Positions 40,548-49,707 of a stretch of 64,000 nucleotides of DNA are shown here, in pieces (within the stretch, counting starts at the first letter, position 1; each line of letters starts with the position of its first letter). The stretch comes from an uncultured bacterium (lineage in GTDB: Bacteria; Cyanobacteriota; Vampirovibrionia; Gastranaerophilales; Gastranaerophilaceae). The notes under the pieces are model-generated. The model was not told the origin of the DNA and did no database searches. It was given only the letters and a program-made list of their open reading frames with translations. The translations under genes and the position numbers were made by a program. The stretch is from NCBI GenBank assembly GCA_902775025.1, contig CACYKP010000002.1, forward strand, positions 15,558 through 79,557, read 5' to 3'.

Positions 40548-43520
40548 ATGCAATGTCCCAAATGTAAAACGGAAATAGATGAAAAATCCTTAAAATGCAA
40601 AAAGTGCGGAACAAGGGTAGCATCTGTATGCAAAAATTGCGGGACTGTAAATCCGATAAGGGCAATAGAGTGTTCTTGTTGTCATAAAGTTCTTTTGAAA
40701 ATTTGTGCAGAATGCGGCAGTGCAAATTTACCGGAGGCAAAAAATTGTCGTAAATGCGGAACAATATTTGATGATGAAGAAAAAAAATCTTCAAAAACAG
40801 TTAATAACTTGAAAGCTGAATATTCAGCAGAACTTTTTTCACAGCAAAAGGCTAAAATAAGCTTGTTAGAGGCAATCAAGGAAGCCGATACTTCTATAAT
40901 TACACTAAACGGAGAAAGCGGTGTAGGTAAAAATTTAATTATACGATATATAATTAATGATTTAAAAAATGCAAAACTAATTTGGTTATCCGGAGCTTGC
41001 ACACAGATATCTCAGTTATCTCCGTTCGGATATTTTCAGGATGTATTATTAAACTTTTTTAATATTAATAATTTTTGTCCTGATACTTTGCAATTAAAGA
41101 AAAATTCAATACGTTTTTTTAAACAGGATTTTCCGTCTCTTTCTCATTCGGAGATATTGGATTTATTAAATGTTTTGTACCCAGAAAATGTTGATAAGTT
41201 TGAAAATATTTATCGTAATAAAGCAAAAATGTTTATTATGATGAAAAAAGTTTTTTTAACAATAGTAGAAAAAGTAAAAGCTGTTTTTGTAATTGACAAT
41301 TTTGAAAATATTGACGGTATGTCATTTGATTTTCTGCAAGAGCTTTTAAAAGATGAATATATACTTCAAAGATGTAAGTTTATAATAGTATCTAGGGAAG
41401 TAAAACCAGGAATGGGAAGGATTACATCACCGATATTACGTCCCGAAAATTATAAAGATATTACGGTTGCACCTTTTACCGAAAGTCAAATAGAGACTCT
41501 TATAACTCAATATAGAGATGTTAATATAGGTTCTGATTTTATAAAACTTGCAGCAAAATTTTCCGGAGGGAATCCTGCATTTGCTGAACAAATGGTTATG
41601 ATGTATAAGGATTTAAAACGGAATAGTTTAAAATATGTTAATTATAGTTCTATAGAAGATTTAATCGAAGCCCGTTTAAATATACTAAAGCAAGAGGATT
41701 TGCAGTCTTTTAGAGTGTTAACGGCAATGTCTGTTTTGGGGGCAAAGTTTTATCCGGCTATGTTGGAGAATTTTGATAATAATTCTCCTCAAGAATTTGA
41801 AAGAATTATAGATGATTTGGTAAATAAGGGCTTTATTAACCAAATAAATAATTTATCATTTGAGTTTAAAAGTCATGATGTATGGAAAGCAATTGTTTCA
41901 ATAGTAAAAAATGACGAAAATTTTGAAGAGATTATTAATATACTTTATGACATATTGAGTATTTATAAACAATCTTCAATTGCATTGTTGGGGTATATTG
42001 TACAAAAATTAAGTAATAATGATCAATCATTTGAAATATGGACTATCCTTATGAAACAAGCATCATATATAGGCGACATTGGTCTTTATATTATTTCTCA
42101 AAAACAGGCATTGAAGCTTATAGAACATAAGACCGGTCCTTATTTTATGAAAATTAAGAAAAATATTTATACACGTGTAGGAAAACTCTTAGAACCAATA
42201 GATCATGTTGCGGCATTTGATTATTTACAAAAAGCTGCAATGATGCTTGATGACAATGAAGAATATGAACATGTCGATTTGTTGGGATATTTAGCATCTG
42301 CATCAATGAAGATGGGCAATTATTGGGGAGTAATAGAGTGCGCGCAAAGTGTGTTAGAAAAAATTCCAGAAGATATGGAACTTGAGCGAGCATTAGTCAA
42401 GTCTCGTGAAGTTCGTCCTATGGTAAAATTAGGAAATTACGGTCAAGCTGTTAATTTTATTGATAATGAGATTATGCCGGTTATACAAAAATATCTTTCA
42501 AAAGGGAAAAATTATTCTGTTATTAGTTCAAACGAACTTTATGAAATATGGTTGGAGATATATTTTGATTTAGCAGAGGCTCTGACTTTCCAAGGCGATA
42601 GCAGAATGTTTGATATTGTAAAACTAATCTTTGATATAATCGAAAAAAATAAAATAACAGAGCCTACTATTTTATGCAGAGTGCATTTGGCACTGGCTCT
42701 TGCTAATACTGTTAAAGGTGATTTGCAAACTTCTGAAAAAATACTCGATGATATAATAAAAGAATTTTCTCTTGAAAGTATGGATTCTTTTATTGTTTCA
42801 AGATGGAATTTCATAGATATTATTAACAAATTTATAAGAAAAGATTATGATAACTTGATGGTTGAATTATTTAACGTTGTTGCATATGCTAATAACGTAA
42901 ATGATAATTTTACAAAGAATATATTAAAAACACTTCTTGCAAAAATAATGCGAGATAAAAATGAAACAAAACGTGCATTAGAGATTTTAGATGAGCAGGT
43001 TACGCATTTTGCAAAAGAAAAAGTTGCAACAGGTGTGTTACTTTCTTGGTTTCTCATAGCAGAATTGCGCCTTGTTACAAAAGGGACTCAATTTGCACTT
43101 GATATTGCAACAAAGGCATTAGACATTGCTCAGGGACCAAATATTAATAACTATTATTTTATAGCATTGTTTAACAGATTAATTGGTGAAATATATATTG
43201 CAAAGCAGGATTTTGAATCAGCAAAAGTTTATATAGAGAAATCAATTTTTGTAGCGAAACAATTTGATTTACAGGATATTTTAGTCAAAGATTATCTTCA
43301 ATATGCAAAATATTTTCAGGAGCTGGCAATTCCAAAATCTACACTCAGACCTATGTATATTAAACAAGCATTAAAAATGTACCAAATGGCTAAAAATGTT
43401 TCTATAGTATCAAATCATCCTCATTTGATGCGCAAGATTAAAGAGGATTTGTCTATCTTAACTTCTTTTTGTAAATTAAACGGAATTATATTGAAAAAAG
43501 GCTCTGTAAAAGAGGGGTAA
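40548..43520 (+). CDS. Zinc-ribbon + STAND-type AAA NTPase + TPR-like protein
   Basis: Six CxxC pairs, Walker A LNGESGVGKN, Walker B FVIDN, GGNP motif and a helical C-terminal repeat region. Confidence 0.8.
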   Translation: MQCPKCKTEIDEKSLKCKKCGTRVASVCKNCGTVNPIRAIECSCCHKVLLKICAECGSANLPEAKNCRKCGTIFDDEEKKSSKTVNNLKAEYSAELFSQQKAKISLLEAIKEADTSIITLNGESGVGKNLIIRYIINDLKNAKLIWLSGACTQISQLSPFGYFQDVLLNFFNINNFCPDTLQLKKNSIRFFKQDFPSLSHSEILDLLNVLYPENVDKFENIYRNKAKMFIMMKKVFLTIVEKVKAVFVIDNFENIDGMSFDFLQELLKDEYILQRCKFIIVSREVKPGMGRITSPILRPENYKDITVAPFTESQIETLITQYRDVNIGSDFIKLAAKFSGGNPAFAEQMVMMYKDLKRNSLKYVNYSSIEDLIEARLNILKQEDLQSFRVLTAMSVLGAKFYPAMLENFDNNSPQEFERIIDDLVNKGFINQINNLSFEFKSHDVWKAIVSIVKNDENFEEIINILYDILSIYKQSSIALLGYIVQKLSNNDQSFEIWTILMKQASYIGDIGLYIISQKQALKLIEHKTGPYFMKIKKNIYTRVGKLLEPIDHVAAFDYLQKAAMMLDDNEEYEHVDLLGYLASASMKMGNYWGVIECAQSVLEKIPEDMELERALVKSREVRPMVKLGNYGQAVNFIDNEIMPVIQKYLSKGKNYSVISSNELYEIWLEIYFDLAEALTFQGDSRMFDIVKLIFDIIEKNKITEPTILCRVHLALALANTVKGDLQTSEKILDDIIKEFSLESMDSFIVSRWNFIDIINKFIRKDYDNLMVELFNVVAYANNVNDNFTKNILKTLLAKIMRDKNETKRALEILDEQVTHFAKEKVATGVLLSWFLIAELRLVTKGTQFALDIATKALDIAQGPNINNYYFIALFNRLIGEIYIAKQDFESAKVYIEKSIFVAKQFDLQDILVKDYLQYAKYFQELAIPKSTLRPMYIKQALKMYQMAKNVSIVSNHPHLMRKIKEDLSILTSFCKLNGIILKKGSVKEG

Positions 43521-43570
43521 ATTTTGGGGGCAAATTTTGAGGCAAATTTACCGAAGTAAGTCTTACCGGT

Positions 43571-44176
43571 TTAACCTGTGTAATCTTCAATATTTCCTGA
43601 GTAATCAGCAATAACACCTTCTTCTATAGGTGCGTTTCCTTCCAGCGGTACTTCCTCGTAATCATTTACGGAATTTTTAAAAGCAATAGCACGTCTGCTA
43701 ATCTCTTCTATTGCCATCGGTCCGGTCAAAACTTCTATTACTTCTCCATTTGTATCGTAAACTTTGAGTCTTGGAATCTCAACACCGGTTGGAGTTTTAA
43801 ATCCCATAAGAGAAATTTTCCCGTATTCGCCAAAACCATCTTTAATTTCAAAATATGCTTCTTTTAGATTTTCATTTTCCAAACAGCTAATAGCGACATT
43901 GTTACATGTTTCACGTTGAACCCAATCTTGAACAGTTTGAGTTTCTTCCATCAACTCCATTAGTTGTTCTTTTGTAGCCCTTATTCTTCTAAATAATGGA
44001 TCTCCTCCTCTGCCAACGGCAGTTGGTCCTTTTTCTCTTGGTGCTCTGATTTTATAATCCGCTTCATCAATCACTTTTCCTGCTTGATTTTTCGGTTGTT
44101 CTTGTTCGTTGTTCTGTTCACATCCCTGTTCTTGTGTGTTTTCTTTGACGATTTCAAATTCTTCTGATTCTGACAT
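43571..44176 (-). CDS. Hypothetical protein under a sigma28 promoter
   Basis: 201 aa, SD AAGGAG, sigma28 promoter upstream. Confidence 0.75.
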   Translation of the reverse strand: MSESEEFEIVKENTQEQGCEQNNEQEQPKNQAGKVIDEADYKIRAPREKGPTAVGRGGDPLFRRIRATKEQLMELMEETQTVQDWVQRETCNNVAISCLENENLKEAYFEIKDGFGEYGKISLMGFKTPTGVEIPRLKVYDTNGEVIEVLTGPMAIEEISRRAIAFKNSVNDYEEVPLEGNAPIEEGVIADYSGNIEDYTG

Positions 44177-44200
44177 TTACTAATTCTCCTTATGTAATAT

Positions 44201-44227
44201 GTATCGGCATTTTTTTGAAAAACTTTA
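44201..44227 (-). promoter_or_regulatory. Sigma28 (FliA) promoter
   Basis: Minus strand TAAA-N15-GCCGATAC. Confidence 0.78.
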
Positions 44228-44300
44228 GTTATAAACATTAGAAAATGAAAAATTGTTACATTTGTTTACACATATACGAATGTTATAGTATGATTTTAAT

Positions 44301-44645
44301 ATGTTACCAAAGGAATATCGATTAAAAAAACGCTCAGCTTTTTCAGCAACATACAGAACAGGAAGAACCCTTTATAAAGATGGCGTAACGGTTTTTATAG
44401 GGAAAGAAAAACGTAATGATTTTCCGACCAGAGTCGGGTTTGTGGTAAGTAAAAAAATTCATAAACGTGCTGTTAAAAGAAATCGAATAAAAAGGCTTAT
44501 GAGAGAAAGTTATAGACTTTTGATAAAAGAGGGTGCAGTATCTGATAAATACATATCGCTAATTTTTGTTGCATCGTCAAAGCTTTTGGGCAAAAATTTT
44601 AAAGAAATAGATAACGCAATAAGAAAATTGGTGTATAAGTTATGA
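44301..44645 (+). CDS. rnpA: RNase P protein component
   Basis: RVGFVVSKKIHKRAVKRNRIKRLMRE (RNR motif). Confidence 0.96.
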   Translation: MLPKEYRLKKRSAFSATYRTGRTLYKDGVTVFIGKEKRNDFPTRVGFVVSKKIHKRAVKRNRIKRLMRESYRLLIKEGAVSDKYISLIFVASSKLLGKNFKEIDNAIRKLVYKL

Positions 44646-45190
44646 TTGATGGTATTGTTACACCTGCGCTTAGAGATATTGATTATTTAGCACCTGCTGC
44701 ACCGTATCCTGTAATCCCCTCAGGAATTACTGTTCATGAAAATTCTATATACAGGTATTCAATTCCTACAGATGAGCAGCCTACTCTTTTGATTGCGGAT
44801 TATATTCCTGACCATAACGGAAATTTTATAGTGCCGGGGTATTATCAACTTGCACTTTCTGACGATAGAGAGTTTTTATATCTAATTGAATCAAAAGAAC
44901 TCCGAGCGGTCATTCCTGTATTTAAACTTGCAGAAAATAAAAGTGAAGTGGAAAAATTGTATAAATCAAAAAAGGAACTTACGAAGAAACAAAAACAGGA
45001 GATGGCTAAGAAAAAACGTAAAGATAAAATCCAAAAAATTATTGAGAAAAAATACGCCGTAACAGGAGCTACCCCGCCTCAAGAATATGAACATATGGAA
45101 GCGACGATTGAATATATTAAAGAGGGCGGTTACTATCTTATTATGTATGAAAAAGGCTATATTCGTGCTTGGGGAGCAATAAAACGTTGA
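44642..45190 (+). CDS. Hypothetical protein translationally coupled to rnpA
   Basis: ATGA overlap with the rnpA stop; 182 aa. Confidence 0.7.
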   Translation: MIDGIVTPALRDIDYLAPAAPYPVIPSGITVHENSIYRYSIPTDEQPTLLIADYIPDHNGNFIVPGYYQLALSDDREFLYLIESKELRAVIPVFKLAENKSEVEKLYKSKKELTKKQKQEMAKKKRKDKIQKIIEKKYAVTGATPPQEYEHMEATIEYIKEGGYYLIMYEKGYIRAWGAIKR

Positions 45191-45194
45191 TGAT

Positions 45195-46022
45195 TTATAT
45201 TAACTGTAAAGCGATTGCAGGCATTTGATTTGCAGTCGCAAGCAAGGTTGCACAGGCTTGTTGTAATATCTGATATCTTATTAAATCACTTGAAGCCTTT
45301 GCTATGTCAGCATCTCGTATTGTTGAAATTGATGAGGTCAAGTTATTCATATTTACTTCAGCTAACTCTAAAGCACATTCAAGCCTGTTATGAGAAGCGC
45401 CAATTCTTACTTGATATGCTGAAACTTCATCAAGCATTTTATCTAATTTATCTAAGCAGCAAGAATCTGTAATATCCCAATTTTCTATATCGTTTATTCC
45501 GCTTAAATCTACTGATGTATCAATACTTATTCTTGAACTTTCGGAACTGTTTATCCCAACTTGAATATTAATAGGTTTCGATTTTAGTTGACCGTCTTTA
45601 TCGTATTCTCCAAAGAGTTTTATATCATTAAATTCAGCGTTATCTTTAATTCTGATTATTTCATCATATCTGGCTTGAATTTCCTGTTTTATTGCTTTAA
45701 TTGATGCTTCACCATAAGTTCCGTTAGATGCTTGCTGGCATAAATCTCTGATTCTTGATAAATGTGTTGCTATTAATTCTGCATTACTATCAGCAGTTTC
45801 AAGCAAGTTTTGCCCGATAGAAATGTTGTCCGTTGCAACATTCCAAGCACTTAATTTAGTTTCCATTTGTTTCATTACAGCATAGTCGGCAGGATTGTCT
45901 TTTGCACGGTTAATTTTATATCCCGTGGTTAATTGTTCTAATGCAAGATTCAATCCCTTCGTTGCGTTGGAGAGATTGCGCTGCACCATTAAACTTGATA
46001 AGTTTGTTCTTAAACTAATCAT
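45195..46022 (-). CDS. Flagellin (short, D0/D1 only)
   Basis: LEQLTTGYKINRAKDNPA, QVGINS, S.IRDADIAK...QILQQA..LLATANQ.P...LQL. Confidence 0.93.
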   Translation of the reverse strand: MISLRTNLSSLMVQRNLSNATKGLNLALEQLTTGYKINRAKDNPADYAVMKQMETKLSAWNVATDNISIGQNLLETADSNAELIATHLSRIRDLCQQASNGTYGEASIKAIKQEIQARYDEIIRIKDNAEFNDIKLFGEYDKDGQLKSKPINIQVGINSSESSRISIDTSVDLSGINDIENWDITDSCCLDKLDKMLDEVSAYQVRIGASHNRLECALELAEVNMNNLTSSISTIRDADIAKASSDLIRYQILQQACATLLATANQMPAIALQLI

Positions 46023-46197
46023 TTAGACACACATATCCGTATAATAAATAGTAAACAATTAGAGAAGTCCGTATTCTCCAATTATATGTTCCACTTTTTT
46101 ATCTGTTCTTAACAAAAAAATCAGTATTATTTAAAAATCTTAACAAAGTTAACAAGAGAAAATATAGGTATTTAAAAGAAATAACAGAGTAAAAAAT

Positions 46198-47244
46198 TTA
46201 ATTTTTTGTATTAGAATTTTTTTCTATGAATTTAATTATGTCCATAACATTGTATTTTCCAAAGGAAAATAATTTTAATGAGGCTTCGCAGCCTAAGCAC
46301 GAAGTTAATACTATTGATGCGCCGCTTTCTGCAATGTTATTATGCTTGGCTGCAAATAATTTTGAAAATGTTTTATATTCGGATAATTTTGTAATTCCGT
46401 TTAATCCGCAGCATTTGTCAAAATCTTTCATCTCAAGATATTCAAGGTTTTTTGTGTTTTCTAAAATCCATTTTATATCTTCAAAATTATCAAGGTTGCA
46501 GGGCTTGTGGAAGGTTACTTTTTGAAGGTTATTTAATTCTAATCTTAAATTATTTTCTCTTATGTATTGAAAAATGTTTTTAATATTAACAATTTTTCCG
46601 CCGTATTTTTGGTATGATTTTAGAGTTTTTTCACAAGTAGCGCAATTTGTAACAATGTCGTAATTGCTATACTTTTCAAGTATAAAATAAAATTTATCCA
46701 TATACTTTTTAAAACTGCTCATATCACCTCTTACGAAAAGAGGAAAACCGCAGCAGCTAAAATTTGGCGATATTACTTCAATATTCATTGAATTAAGCAG
46801 TTTGATGACACTATTTTGAACTCCGCCGCACCCTGCAAAATATACAACTTTTTTATCATAGACTTTGCTTTTTGGTTTAAAAATATTTATATTATGTATA
46901 AAATGCAGTATATTTAATAAAATTTTTATAACAGTTGTCTTTAATTTTTCTGTTTTATGAAGTTTAAAATATTCAGCTTTTGCAAGAGCAACAATATCAA
47001 CCACATCAATTCCGCTTGGACAGAATTTTGTACACGCACCGCATTTAAGGCATAAATCAAGATAGCGGTTGATTGTTTTGGACATTTTTAATTCGCCTTT
47101 AATTATGCCTTGAAGCATAATAAATTGCCCGCGAGAAACCGTGCAGTCATTTCCCGTAATTTTATATATAGGACAAACAGACTGACATAATCCGCATTTT
47201 GAGCAGGAATGTAATTCGTCTTTATAATCAGCTAATCTTTTCAT
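46198..47244 (-). CDS. Fe-S oxidoreductase (GlcF/CCG-domain family)
   Basis: Two CxxCxxCxxxCP motifs and two CCG motifs; probable start 47244. Confidence 0.88.
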   Translation of the reverse strand: MKRLADYKDELHSCSKCGLCQSVCPIYKITGNDCTVSRGQFIMLQGIIKGELKMSKTINRYLDLCLKCGACTKFCPSGIDVVDIVALAKAEYFKLHKTEKLKTTVIKILLNILHFIHNINIFKPKSKVYDKKVVYFAGCGGVQNSVIKLLNSMNIEVISPNFSCCGFPLFVRGDMSSFKKYMDKFYFILEKYSNYDIVTNCATCEKTLKSYQKYGGKIVNIKNIFQYIRENNLRLELNNLQKVTFHKPCNLDNFEDIKWILENTKNLEYLEMKDFDKCCGLNGITKLSEYKTFSKLFAAKHNNIAESGASIVLTSCLGCEASLKLFSFGKYNVMDIIKFIEKNSNTKN

Positions 47245-47347
47245 ACTAAATATTGTAAAAGGAATAGTTTTCAAATACAACTTTTCTCTTTGTGATAAAA
47301 TAATATTTGTACTATCATTAAACGGAAATTTAGAGGATATATAGATT

Positions 47348-49090
47348 ATGAAAATGTCAAAATTGTTTGTACAGACTTTAAGAGAGTTTCCTTCGGATGC
47401 TGAGGTTATCTCTCATAAATTACTTGTAAGAGCAGGTTACATAAGAAAACTATCTATGGGTATTTATAATTATTTACCCCTTATGTGGAGAGTTATAAAA
47501 AAAGTTGAAAATATTATTCGTGAAGAAATGGATAAAGCAGGTGCTCAAGAACTTCTTATGCCGTTTGTACAACCTAAAGAACTCTGGGAAGAATCAGGAA
47601 GATGGGGAGCATACGGCGGCGAGCTTATGAGATTAAAAGACCGCCACGGAAGAGAAATGTGTCTCGGACCAACGCACGAAGAAATTATTACTGCTATTGC
47701 CCGTGACGGACTAAAATCTTACAAACAATTACCTGTAAATTTATACCAAATTCAATCTAAATTCCGTGATGAAAGGCGTCCTCGTTTCGGCTTATTAAGA
47801 GGTCGTGAATTTATTATGAAAGATGCTTATTCTTTTGATGTTGACCAAGAAGGTTTGGAAAAAGAATACAAAAATATGTGGGATGCTTATACAAGAATTT
47901 TCAAACGTTGCGGACTTGATACAAAAGCCGTTCAATCTGATTCAGGTGCAATAGGCGGAAGTGTAAGCCATGAATTTATGGTAATTACAGACCAAGATTC
48001 AGGCGAAAATGATGTATTTTATTGTGATTGTGATTACGCAGCAAATTCTAACCATGCAGTATCAAAGTTACCGGCTGCTAAAATTGTTGGTGATTGGAAC
48101 GAGGCTAAAATTATAGATACTCCAAATACTCATTCTATTGAAGAATTAACTGAGTTTTTGAATATACCTGCAACAGTTATTGTTAAAACTCTTGTTTATA
48201 TTGTTGATAAAGCACCTGTTTTAGCTTTGATTAGAGCAGATAGAACAGTCGAAGAAACAAAGCTTATGAACGCAGTAGGCGGAACAGATATCAGAATTGC
48301 AACCGCAGGCGAAATCGAAGAAATGATGGGAGTAAACGGATTTGACTCTGAAAAAGGGTTTATAGGTCCAAAAGGTTTAAAAGAATATAACGGATACAAG
48401 ATTAAAGTTGTAGCAGATGAAACCGTTAAAGATATGAAAAACTTTGTTATCGGTATTAATAAAAAAGATGTTCACGGTGTAGGTTACAATTGGGGAGTGG
48501 ATGTTGATTTACCGCAAACTGTTACTGATATAAGATTAGTTGAAGCAGGAGATATTTGTCCTGAATGCGGAAAACCATTAAAAGTAACAAGAGGAATTGA
48601 GGTTGGTAACATCTTCCAATTAGGTACAAAGTATTCTAAGCCTATGAACGCAGTTTTCTTAGACCAAAACGGAAAAACACAGCCTTATGTAATGGGCTGT
48701 TACGGTATCGGCGTTACAAGAACCGCCGCAGCTGCCGTTGAAGCACACCACGATGACCACGGTATTATTTGGCCGCTTGCTATTGCACCTTATCACGTTG
48801 TTGTAATTCCTGTAAGTACAAAAGATGAGCAGCAAATGAAGGTTGCAAATGACATCTATCAAACTTTGATTAAGCACGGAGTTGAAGCAGTTCTTGATGA
48901 CAGAGATGAAAGAGCTGGGGTAAAATTTAAAGATGCAGACCTAATCGGTTTCCCTTATAGAATTACAGTCGGAAAAGGAATTGCAGACGGTGTTGTAGAA
49001 TTTAAAGCAAGAGAAAGTGAAGATCTTTCCAATATTAAACCGGAAGAAGCTTGCGAGATTGTTGTTACAGCAGTTCACGAGATAAAATAG
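47348..49090 (+). CDS. proS: Prolyl-tRNA synthetase with insertion domain
   Basis: LGPTHEE, FRDERRPRFGLLRGREF, GIEVGNIF, MGCYGIGVTR. Confidence 0.99.
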   Translation: MKMSKLFVQTLREFPSDAEVISHKLLVRAGYIRKLSMGIYNYLPLMWRVIKKVENIIREEMDKAGAQELLMPFVQPKELWEESGRWGAYGGELMRLKDRHGREMCLGPTHEEIITAIARDGLKSYKQLPVNLYQIQSKFRDERRPRFGLLRGREFIMKDAYSFDVDQEGLEKEYKNMWDAYTRIFKRCGLDTKAVQSDSGAIGGSVSHEFMVITDQDSGENDVFYCDCDYAANSNHAVSKLPAAKIVGDWNEAKIIDTPNTHSIEELTEFLNIPATVIVKTLVYIVDKAPVLALIRADRTVEETKLMNAVGGTDIRIATAGEIEEMMGVNGFDSEKGFIGPKGLKEYNGYKIKVVADETVKDMKNFVIGINKKDVHGVGYNWGVDVDLPQTVTDIRLVEAGDICPECGKPLKVTRGIEVGNIFQLGTKYSKPMNAVFLDQNGKTQPYVMGCYGIGVTRTAAAAVEAHHDDHGIIWPLAIAPYHVVVIPVSTKDEQQMKVANDIYQTLIKHGVEAVLDDRDERAGVKFKDADLIGFPYRITVGKGIADGVVEFKARESEDLSNIKPEEACEIVVTAVHEIK

Positions 49091-49097
49091 GATTAAA

Positions 49098-49574
49098 ATG
49101 TTTATAAAACCTGATTATAATCTTAAAAATATTTATGAGATAAATTTTGAAGAGCTTAAGAGGCAAGGAATAAAGTGCATAATGTTTGACCTTGATTCAA
49201 CCGTAATGCGTTCTAAATCAGCAACATTTGAGCCTGAAACAATAAATTGGTTCAATACTTTTATAAATGATTTTGAAGTTGCAATAATCTCAAATAATCC
49301 AAATAAAGATTATATAGAAAACGCATCAAAACTGGCACCTTGCAGAGTTATCGGACACGCAAAAAAACCAAATCCTGAGGTTGCAAAAAAATATCTTGAT
49401 GAAGTAGGAATAAAACCGGAACAAGCAGTTATGGTAGGTGATAGACCGCTAACAGACATTCTTGTAGGTAAAAGACTCGGCTCAAAAACAATTCTTGTCG
49501 GCTCAATTAACCCTAGTGAAAACCTCCTGACAAAACTCGTGAGAGCGTTAGAAAGAAGTACAATTAAGAGGTAA
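49098..49574 (+). CDS. yqeG: YqeG-family HAD IIIA phosphatase
   Basis: FDLDST, ISNN, AKKP, MVGDRPLTD. Confidence 0.9.
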   Translation: MFIKPDYNLKNIYEINFEELKRQGIKCIMFDLDSTVMRSKSATFEPETINWFNTFINDFEVAIISNNPNKDYIENASKLAPCRVIGHAKKPNPEVAKKYLDEVGIKPEQAVMVGDRPLTDILVGKRLGSKTILVGSINPSENLLTKLVRALERSTIKR

Positions 49575-49707
49575 ATATAATTGACGATTTTCGCAAAGGT
49601 GAACATTAATCTGTCATTCAAAGCGGGTTATTGAAATAATCATTATTGTTTGATTAAAGCAAAAGCGAAAAATCGCCATAACTTTTGTAAAAAACAATAA
49701 TAATTCC

